From Nymphaea colorata (Eukaryota): a stretch of 64,000 nt of DNA. This document shows, one piece after another, positions 28,252 to 45,054 of this stretch. The translations under genes and the position numbers were made by a program. The first letter of the stretch is position 1. Each line of letters opens with the position of its first letter. Below the pieces are notes generated by a model, which was given only the letters and a program-made list of their open reading frames with translations, was not told the origin of the DNA and made no database searches. The stretch lies in NCBI RefSeq assembly GCF_008831285.2, contig NC_045138.2:37138001-37202000 (forward strand), in the 5' to 3' direction.

Positions 28252-30154
28252 GATTTCATTCTTTAGCAGCTCACTTTGCTTCAATCACAAAAGCCTCTAA
28301 ATGCCTCCACTATGTTGTCATTAAAAGGAATCAAGCCTCATGTGTAAATATTATCAACCGGATCTGTGTCCAAGAATATCAACGCTTTAGCCCTGCTCAC
28401 AACAAAACTTAATGAAATGTGAACATGGCACATATAGTATCCTGATTAACCATAGAACAGATTCATCATTCAAAATTCTAAACCACCTACACTCTCAAAA
28501 TCCTCACCCACAAAATGCTAAGAAATAGTTATAAACTGGATGGTTCATGTATATGCAAGTGACTATTTAGCATTTATTTAGATGGTATTGCTTATTTCTA
28601 GATGTAAAAGACAACGAATGAGCTAGAGCTCTTGCAGGCTTGCAGCAACGTAAGTCCTGCTAGATCATGTAATGGGTTGCACAAAATCCATTATAATGCT
28701 GCCTTATTCGACCTAAATCAAGATCACTGACATGCTAATATGTGACATGAAAGATATAACAAAAACACTAGAAAAAGAATTTTATAATTAGCAATATCGA
28801 ATTTATAATACAATTATATTGTTAGCAATTATTCTTTGTTATCAGAGTCAAGAATATGGACTTCATATGGCATTCCATTATGATAGAGATATTGGCTTAC
28901 TGCCAATTACAAAAAGGCATTCATGATTAGTAATTGGTAGACTAGGTAGTCTGGCCATTAACCACTGCCCAAACTCAGAGAGAGTTAATGGTCAGATCCA
29001 CAACAACTGACCTAGAAATTCAGCTATGCATTCTCAGAAGGCACCATTGCCTTTTGTTGACTGATGCTGACACCGAAGCATCCAAACCAGTGTTGGATAT
29101 TTACCTCTAAAGTGCTATTGATGCCTTGTATGGTAAAAATCAATTAAGAGCCTTGCAATATAACCAAATACATGCAGTGGAAACAATTTATGCTAGGGAA
29201 CTGACAGTGTGAAAGTGATAAAATCATCTAACAACTATCAACGGAAAAGAATTCTTGCACTTTTTCATGTAACATTATATCATGCCCAATGTGCATGATC
29301 ACCTAGTGAGCTACATAGTTAGCTTGAGACCCATGTGGTATAATACCCATATACAAAGGCATGTTCAAAAGATGGAGAGGGGAGTCATGTGACAGCCCAT
29401 CTCACGACCTTCTAATTTCTTTTTCTGTTGCAGGCATGGGAGAAAGGGATGGAAAGCAATGGTAGAGGGTGTCACAACACCCTCCCTCTTGTTTGAATGG
29501 GAAGAGTACAAATGAGACACATATTCTATCTCAGACCATCTTCTCCAGCATTCGAAAACACCAAACTGTCAACGTGTACAAAATTTCCATGTACAATAGA
29601 GATAAAGAAAGTTGAAAATTGTTGATTAGGAGATCATGGTTTCTGAAAGGCAGTGGACAAGGACCAATTTAAAGAACAAAAAATCCCCTGAATCATATGC
29701 TTGGGAAGAGAAAAAACTGTTTGGGAGAAAAATCTGCCCGGACGAGAGGGAACAAAAAACAAATGCTAAGCCTATTCTTAACGATAGATTCAATTTTCTT
29801 AAAAACCATAAGCCCTACGAACAATCCTGAGAATATGTCCACACCTTAAAGAGGCATCTTTACTAAAATCTACCCTGCCATGTTCTCAGGTTTCAATTAG
29901 GCATCTCAACCAAACACAACGAATTTGCCACTTCCTTTCAGACCTCAAATAGAACATTTTTGTAGGGTGCAGAAATTAAAATTCAATATATATATGATCG
30001 CCACCATACGTGCTGGAGCGGACGGCAAGAGAAGAATATCGAAGGGTGAGTTGGATACTCTTCATCAAGTCCCACCCCTGCCGTCCCCTTCCATCGGCTT
30101 CCCCCTAAATGTTGTCCTCCTAACGCTTGGTTGGTCGACACAGATCCTCGGTTA

Positions 30155-30369
30155 GGGCCTGTTTGATGGCCACAGATAAAACTCCATGGACAAACATCCA
30201 TGGATTAAAATCTATGAACTAGTCACCAAGAGACAAAAGTCCGTGGACAAAATTTTTTATCTTGTATGTGATGGAAATTGATTAAAATCTCTAAAATAAT
30301 GTACACTGTCTGATGAAACGTGACAAAAATCCACAGACAAATACATGTTCACAACCATCAACCAGGCAT
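30155..30369. mobile_element. Tourist-like (PIF/Harbinger) MITE
   Basis: Left end TTA|GGGCCTGTTTGATGG; right end CCATCAACCAGGCA|TTA; ~215 bp. Confidence 0.7.
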
Positions 30370-32169
30370 TAGCACGCCACCAATTAGCAATACTTTCATA
30401 CAAACAAAAAAAACTCGTAGATGAGAAAATAATTTCCATTTCATATTTAAAAACAGCCAGCTTCAATTTCCAAGTATATCGATGACATGAGAGAAGTCTA
30501 AAAACGAACACATCAAACGAATAGAAGAATGGGAAAGTGGAAAACATAACCAAAGCATTATGAATATAGCAACATGAAAGAGATCGTGTGCAACTCCTAA
30601 ACAAGTTTCAAGTGAAAACAAAGGAAAGATCATAAGGGGCATATCGGTATATGGCAGAGCAGGAAAAAATAATCAGCAGAATGTCGTCAGCCAAATGATA
30701 GTGGAAAATCCAATCGGATTAAGGAATAAAATGGAGAAAATCTCCAAGTGAAGAATCATTTGCCATGTAAACTCACTCTCTCTCTTGAAAAATGCTATGA
30801 GGAAAGCAAGATTCACAAACCAGAATATCTTGAAAGTTTCCTTCGCCTCGAACACATTAAAAAACAAAGAATATCGCCATATAAGGTGAGAAGCTCTCCT
30901 ATAAACCCTGAAAATACTCTAGACAGCTCATCTAACCCCCAAATGACTCCTGAAGAGGAAATTGTAGAGACATGATTGGAATCAAGGCTTTCTTCCAGCA
31001 TTCTCCACGATCTGCACGTGGTGGTGCAAATGGGAATCGATCAAGGGAAGGAGGCAGTCGACGCCTTGTTCACAGCAAGATGGGGGAGGAGAGAGACAGA
31101 GAAAGAGAGGAGAGGTATACTGTATACAGGGGCGAAGCAGCACCTGGTTGCGAAAAAAGACTCTTACGGTGGTTTTGGGCTTTTGAATTGCGATGCTGCT
31201 GGCTTAGGGCTTTTGGTTGTGATGCTTTGCGTGGTGAAAGAGTACGAGTGTTGCGTCCTCAATAACTGCAGTGCAGAAAACCCATGTTGAGAGCCCATTG
31301 TCGAGGAATGATATGCCGCAACGCCTAACGGCCTAACGGCCACCCTCACACTCATACATTCATAAAAAAGAGATGTATTAAAAAAAGCACCATCCGAATT
31401 TCAATCGGAGACTCAAAGGGAGAGAGAGAAATACCTCGATGGCTCGCCGGGCGTCGGCAGCTCCAACCACCGGCGATGGAATGACGAACAGGAGAGGCCG
31501 CGAGGGGAGGGGAGGAGAGAGAGAGAGAGAGGAGGAAGAGAGATTTGCGGGAATCGGAGGAAAAAAACGCGGGGGAAAGGGGAATTAAATTATTAATTTT
31601 GGTCTTCCAAAGAAGGTCCTATAACTCATTTTGATTTCCCAAGAAGATCCTAAACTTTTCACTTTAAACGTTAGCGGATTTTTTTTTTATGGCGATAAAG
31701 GAGCCAAATAAGATGGATCAGAATGCGCACACACACCGAATCCTAAATCAATGACTCGGAATGTTTGCAACAGCAATCCGTTTGTACGGTTTGCTTTACG
31801 AAGCATCTTTTGGGCTTTCGAAGTTCAAAGCGCTACCTCATTAAACTAATGAGGATCATGACAATTCTTTAAAAGGTCAGCAAAATATTTAGGGGAATTT
31901 CAAACAACATTTTGAAAGTAACTCTACTTTCATCTTCTCCATTATTATCTGAAACTTCATACAAATAAGTTGGATTCACTTCACCAAAATCAAATTCAAA
32001 TCAAAATCTAGTTGTCTGAAATTAAATATGCAAATCCAGCTAGCAAAACCTGCAAAATTTTGTTTCTAGTTGGAAGAATCATTGTGGAATCATAGTTGAG
32101 TATTGGATTTGAATTTTGACTTCGTGTGGATCTGAATCCAACTAACAATGGAATCCTATTTAATACTTT

Positions 32170-32288
32170 AGGGTTAATTTGGCAAATGGAATAGTTTATA
32201 ATTGTTCCATGGATCTACTCCAAAACTTGGGCAGATTGTTAAAACATTTTTGAGGTGTTTCATATTGTTTTGTTTGTCAAACATACTC
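32170..32288. mobile_element. Degenerate Tourist-like MITE in the PIG-Y/RPT4 divergent intergenic region
   Basis: TTA|GGGTTAATTTGGCAAA ... TTTGTCAAACATACTC|TTA; imperfect TIRs with TTA TSD. Confidence 0.45.
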
Positions 32289-32762
32289 TTAGTTTGCCAT
32301 ACAAAAAAGTAAATGATTCGAACAAATTCTAATCACCATATATTTGCTTTTTATAAGCCATGGAATCTCAAACCATTGATTTTAAGAACTTCTAAAAACA
32401 TGACATGCGAGATAAGCATTAAGTTGTATTTATAGGTTTTTAAATATGAAGATCACATAATTATAGTTAGTTTTGCAAAAAATACAAGCGCACATTTGAA
32501 GTATTAAACTATAGTATATGGACGGGGCAGTTCCCCCGAAAAACTGGATTTGTTAATTATCCACCAAAGACGGACTCACCCGAGTTATGGACGGGGCAGT
32601 TCCGGGTCATACCCGACCCGTGGATGCACCTTCACTTTTGTTTTGGGGTTGTTTTCTTCTCCAAGCAACCCTCCGTTGCCTTGCTCTGTGAGGAGAGATC
32701 GAGGAAGAATCGGCGTGGAGTCGATCCCCCTCCGACGAGGCAGAAGAGACGGAGAGGCCGCC

Positions 32763-32764
<2 letters not shown>

Positions 32765-32820
<56 letters not shown>
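32765..32820 (+). repeat. (GA)28 microsatellite ending on the A of the RPT4 start codon
   Basis: Uninterrupted GA run 32765-32820, followed by TGAACGAC. Confidence 0.97.
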
Positions 32821-38833
<6,013 letters not shown>

Positions 38834-41800
38834 CCTGGAGGGCTCTAACTTTGGATGGTTGGCCTTTTAAGTGCTAAGATCTGCCACGGCTTGCACACAT
38901 CCTTGGAGACTTGGGGGAGTAATTCCATGTTTATTGGTCATCCTTACGTGAAAATTCTGTGTATTATTTTTCTTCTCCTTCGAGCATTACAGTTCTATTT
39001 TTGGAAAACATAAATATTGGTGGTTCTTTGGTTCTTGGAGTAAGACCCCCTCCTCTGATAGTTGATAATGAAAACAAATGCAAAACCCGTTAGCAAATGG
39101 AATATCTTTTTACATGAAACCGCGTTGGTCTTGTCCATAGTAACGAATATGCTACGACACGGTAACAAAGTTTTCTGCATGATCCTTTTCTTTTCCAGGA
39201 GGCGGATAGTCTATGCGAATTTGTAGTCTCTAGTTCTTCAGGTGCTTGATCTTGTATGTGGACTTCGCTTCGGCCCCCAATGTTCGTTTGGCAAATCATT
39301 CTGCTTTGTACTGAAGGCAGTAAAACTGATATAACATGAATGATAGCACACGAAGAGGAGAGAAAAAACTGGTAATCTTCCAGCCATTAACAGGAGGTTT
39401 CTATCCAAACGGCTGGTCTTCTCCATCGTAGCAAAATAGTTTTAGACCGCTTGGTGATATATTTCCTCTAAATTAAAATTATTTTGGTGGAAATTTAGTG
39501 TTTTATTCTTATATAAAGCCATTTTGTAATAGTTTATTCATTTGAAGATTATGGTCAAAGCCAGTGATGGAGTAGATTTTTTTTTTTGGGTTAAAGGTGC
39601 ACCAATACTTCAATTATAACTTTTAAGGGGGCAATCAATATGTGATAACTAAATGCCCATGATGGTACTAATATACTAATGAGCAATTGATGTATGCACG
39701 TGTTTCTGCTACTGGTAAAAAACTAATCCACAATGCTCTTTTGGGCAAAGGTAGCAAGATGGATGTGGGTTTTCTATCCAGATTGCTAGAACAAACATAA
39801 GGTTATGTATCTTGGGATGAGATTTAGCTGGAAAGAATGACCAGTTCATTATAAAATCCTCGAATGTTATGATTTACACACGGAGAAGAAAGTCTTGTTC
39901 AAGGAAGGGGTTGGCCGGCGCATGTGGACGGCCCTCGTTCATGCGAATGCTGGACAGTGAGGCAATGCAGCTGGTTTGAGTCCATCACGTTTGAATACAT
40001 TGGGGTTTGGAAAGACCAGCACATTGACCTGAACACAGGTTCATACTAACACTATTATTAATTTTTAGTAATATTAGATCGTTTCCAAGAGAAAAAAAAA
40101 AGCTGGTAGAGTTTAAGACCTTGCCATTTCACTTTTTGAGATTAGACTAGGGACCTTGTAAGGATTGGTGGTCCGCTTTCACCCTTTATATTTTGAAAAG
40201 AAAGAAAATAAAGGACACAACTTGCTAAGTACTTGGGAGGCCCACAGTCTGAATCCACATTGTAAATATCGTATTTTATCGTCCAATATGCAAATAAAAT
40301 TGTATTGATTTTTCTAACTTTTGAATATGAGATCCAAACTAAATATAGCCTATGTAGGCTGACGCTTGTCACTGTGTATGGCCAGAAATTTTTGTAGGTT
40401 GAGGAGCATAAGAAATAGTACCAAGCAGTTTTATATATATAAAAGCTGACTGAACCAATGTTTATAAAAACTAACTAAAAGTAATAATAAATTCTAAAAA
40501 AAATAGGAAATATTAAAAGTCGCCACAAGGCACTTTTGAATTGAACATCTAATCGAACCGGGTTGTCACCGATTCGTATTCGAATGGGCCTGTTCCAGCC
40601 CATTTTGAACAACATTGGGCCGATTCAGATGAGATTGGTTTGAACGGGGAGCGCGTGTTACACGAGCCCCACCGGGTCTTGCAACGACCACGGAAATTGA
40701 AGAAAAAGGAGACAAGATGAATGTAGAAAAATGAGAAAAGTAGGAGCTAAAAACTTTCTTACTCGATGGCAACTTCTCACCATTCTTTTGGGATGTCCTT
40801 TTCACTTTAACTGGAGCAAATGCTTCCATAGCAAGCAAGAATCCCATCATCCAATAGTGCGCTTTTGAATCCACAAAGATTCTCACAATTTTCTGAATCC
40901 AATCAAATTGAGATTGGTTTGCGACCCTGAATTGAATAATTTAAAAAAAACATATGTTTTTACAGCATCAGAGAGGGAGAAAAAACCTAAAAATATTCAT
41001 ACAGAAATCTGCCACATATATACATCTCTTGGATTTTTAAGTTTGAGTTATTTTGACACGATCCAATCAGCTTTTGTTTGTAATTTTTCGGATAAAGATA
41101 TATTTTCTTGAGCACAGACATGCACTTTTAAGCTTTATTTTTTGAGCCACCACCATGTTCGATTCTTCTAATTAACTTAAAAGTTTATAACCACTGAACT
41201 TACTTTGCAATCATAACTGTGGGGTTGATCAATTCAGAGGAAAGGAATTGTGAAAAGGTTTAAGAAGACCATGCCATGTGTATACACACGAGAATGAGAA
41301 AGTGAGCTGTGCACCCTGCCTTTCGCCTTTATTCCAAGAAAGGGAAAGAGAGAGACTAGGTGCTTCGGTTGGTCAGAAATAGATGAAAGCTACATCTAAT
41401 ACAATAATAAAATTACGAAAATTATACTGCTCATGGCATGCGCATGTTTAGGACGTATCGATTGCTGAGCATGTGGTTCGGAAAGATGATCATCTGAATG
41501 CCTCTTTCTCTGCAAACGTATGCATACTTGCATCGTGTCGGCGTAAATGAATTATAATTTGATTGTTTAAACTTGAAAAGACGATTGACTTACCATACGT
41601 TTCTTGTTGAATAACTCCAAAAATTATAGATACCTGTAAGGTTACATTGTAAAATGAAAAACTTTGGTCTGGTTTTGGCCCGTGGCGTAAGCAGCCGGGA
41701 TATGTCCTGTTCTCTCTCTCTCTTTTGTATATATGAACATGATTATCTTGTCGTTTGGAGCCTGTTGCCGCCCGTGAAAGGGTGAGGAATGAATCTTCTC

Positions 41801-42173
41801 TACCACAAGCTTCGTGCTACTAATCATGTAGGCCTTTCCTTCAACGGATTCATCCGAACAACATTGATAGAGCCAGATTCTGCATGTTGGCTCGAAGCAA
41901 AACAAAGATCCATAATTCGCTTCCCAAGATCCCTTTCTTAATCCAAGTACAACTTGAAACAACATATGATACTTAGAGTACAACAAGTGTTCTATCTACA
42001 GATCAACTTTTCGAATACAAAGTATATTCTGAGATACAAATCAATATAGCTGCCGTTAATAGCAATCAATCTTATTCTGTCAAAAAAAGAAAAGAAAAAG
42101 GGTCCTATCAAACGTGTAGAAACAATGAAAGAATCATTGGAGAGAGATCAGAAAAGAGAGAATGAGTCATGGG

Positions 42174-44856
42174 TTAGGCCAAGAATGATGCTGTGTCGAC
42201 CTGTAAAGGCAATTTCTGTGTTAGTTGTGGGGAGGGCATTTGGTTAAAAGTCTGATCCGTTGTAGTTGGGGAGTCGTAGCTGGGCTGGTGCAGGCTCAAA
42301 TGGTGATGACCCTGTGCCAGTTCCTTCATCAATGGCTGTGCTGATACTACACCTCTGCTGTAGCAATCCGCAATCCCAGCAGCCGCGTTGGAGTTCACAC
42401 CAAGAAGCTTCGACTTGGCGGAGACGCCGATATGACGTGCAGAAACACCACACTGTCTCGGCTGCGTCTGATAGAAGACTTTGGACACCACCAACTCCCC
42501 TTCTTTCTCCTCCTCCTGCGACCCCAGGTGGTACTGGTGCATGACCCAGTTGGTCTTCTGGGGCTTCTTCAATCTGCCATAGTTGGTGTAGAGCACCAAG
42601 ATCTTCTTGTAGCCTTTGGTCTTCCCATTAACCAAGATGGGCCTCGTCTTCCCCGTCTTGTGCCATCTTGTTTCTCCACCTTGTTCATCTGACTGAACCT
42701 TTCTTCTCTTCCTTGTTCCTGTGGTGTATGCTTTGGAGGGGTAGTGGAAGAAGTGGCGAGAAAGACCATCCATGTTAACGCCTGTTAATGGGATACCAAC
42801 ATGCAAAATGATTAGATTCTTATTGTATATTACAATTATTACTGAAATCCATGTCCATTTCTGTAGTGCATATGATATTTTATTTCATTTTATCAATTCA
42901 AATAAAAAGAAAAAAGGTCCTCTATCAAACGTGTAGAAACAATGAAAGAATCATTCGACAGATGGAGAAAGATCAGAAAAGAGAGTGAGCATTGGCACTA
43001 GCAATCATCAATCAAAGTTCAGCCTTTCGTCTTCTGTAACTGATCTAATTCATTTATAGACGACGGAGTAACATAAATGGAGTTACTTAAAACCTTTCGT
43101 CGTCTGTAACTGATCTAATTCATTTATAGACGAAGGAGTAACATAAATGGAGTTACTTAAAACAGTATTGTCTATTGCATGAACTGGGATATATATAAGG
43201 GCGATGTCCAACGAAATCAGCTTTATGATGCAGTATATGTTCGGGAAGATGTGAGTGATCCGCTATGAAATTGATGCGTACAATGGGAGGGTTTTGAAAA
43301 AGCTCGTTAAGTTGATAAAAGAGATCCAAAAATGAAATAAATAGATATCAGTTATATTATTTATGTAAACCGAAGAATAATAGAAAATAATAATAGTCAA
43401 TCCGAACCTAATTTGCACCCAAATTAGAAAACATCCCATGCATAGAATTTCAAAAACAACATAGAGGTGTAACATATATGTACAGGCTCAGAACAAGTTA
43501 GGGACAGATCTCTACCAGTTGATACCAAAAGATGTAGACCAAATCAAACTCGAACCATTAAGGTTTACGAAATGCAGTATGTGTTTTCAAAAGCGAAGAA
43601 AAAGCACTTGATATATTAATTACTAGCTTTTGTTTCTTATATCTAATGAATCAAGGGTTTTAAATCTCTCTATCGCTATATTTTTATTTGCTTATGTATA
43701 CATTATAATTTCATAAAAACAAACTTTTTTGGTCGTACGATATCTAGAAAGAGAGAGAAGAGACAAAGGGGCTACTTTTGAATCCCACATGCCAAATGGT
43801 TAGGCCACATGCCATCACGGTGCCCCTCAAGAAAGGGGCTTTGGAACCGAGGGGACCGCACCTTTCCGGCGGCCGAATACCAACTTTGGCCTTCGTCAGG
43901 CACGTTGAGAAAAAAAAAAAACCTATATAAATAACTAAGTCGGTTAAGTTTTTTCTTTTATATATATATATATATATATAAATCACTTTTTGTCAAGGCT
44001 GAAGAAAAGGGATGGTGCTGTCCGTCGGTCCCACGTAAAGTAAAGATATCATATTTATTTGTTGCTTGAACAACAAGAAAAGTCCCACGCGGCAAAAGAC
44101 AAGGACGAACTCATTCGGAATGATTTAATCTACGTTGATAAAATCAAAAACCATTTAAACCTCTACGTATTCGGCGATGTCCAGCACAACGTATTGACCT
44201 GCTGCCTATACATTGTCCACATAATTCGAAAATATCTTGAATAGGACGGCATGTTGATCCTGAACTCACGATCACGATATCTTCAAGGTGGTGTTTCTGC
44301 AACCCTTGTGGTGTACCGATCCAGAAGTCACGATCTTTCTTTTCAAGATGGTGGTTCTGCAATTCCTTGTGGTATTGACACGATGGAGAGTTTTTTTGTT
44401 TTATCTCTATATGCTTGAAACTTTTTCTCCAGATCTACCGGTTGTAACAAGAAGTTCAGAATTTGGAGGCCGACCGATACCAATTAACGTGTCCACATTA
44501 GCGGGAACATCCTTAAGCTGTGCATGCATGAAGAAAAGCATTGACGAACCAAAATTGATCAATCACTAACCAGGAAGCTTCTCCGGGTGGGTGTAGCATA
44601 TGCCTTCGTCCCCTTGGATCAGAGGGATGAATTCATGGAGCAGAGGGTGGAGCTTGGAGGCGTCGCCTTTCACCTTCCCTTCCAGATGCTCCAGGAGCTC
44701 TTGGTCCGTCGGATCGAACTTCACCCCCGCTGGCAATCCCGGCAAATTGTGAAGCACTATAACCTGTTCATTCAACAAACAGAGACAACGAGAGAGAGGG
44801 AGAGAACTAATTGTTAATTATCATAAAACCACTCGAAAGGAAAAGCAATCTCTCTG

Positions 44857-44924
<68 letters not shown>

Positions 44925-45054
44925 AGTGAGCACGAACCTTGTCGCCACGATCGAGGCGTTGGTCATCTCGGACGGGGTGGCCGCACGAAGGGCAACTCCT
45001 GGTGCAAGCGTCCTCCTGCTGCAGGCAGCTGCTGCTCTCATCGTCTCTGATCAT
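42174..45054 (-). CDS. NAC073: NAC transcription factor, SND2/NAC073 clade (3 exons, ~305 aa)
   Basis: Exons 45054-44938, 44763-44571, 42781-42174. N-terminal [97 protein letters not shown]. The 3' end could alternatively splice at CAG|GTCGAC (~42200). Confidence 0.93.
43023..43162. repeat. ~70 bp tandem duplication in NAC intron 2
   Basis: cctttcgtc(t/g)tctgtaactgatctaattcatttatagacga(c/a)ggagtaacataaatggagttacttaaaa twice, 2 mismatches. Confidence 0.92.
44255..44376. repeat. Degenerate ~60 bp tandem repeat in NAC intron 2
   Basis: gatcctgaactcacgatc...ttcaaggtggtgtttctgcaacccttgtggt vs gatccagaagtcacgatc...ttcaagatggtggttctgcaattccttgtggt. Confidence 0.75.
44858..44922. repeat. (TA)~32 microsatellite in NAC intron 1
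   Basis: Pure TA run filling over a third of the 174-nt intron 44764-44937. Confidence 0.97.

Noticed and set aside
43023..43162. Repeats considered as a CRISPR-like array
   Set aside because: Only two copies, no unique spacers, eukaryotic intron context.
43781..43792. ATCCCACATG resembling the plant snRNA USE (RTCCCACATCG)
   Set aside because: No TATA box at USE spacing and no recognisable snRNA downstream. The same applies to the partial matches at ~23560 and ~30070.
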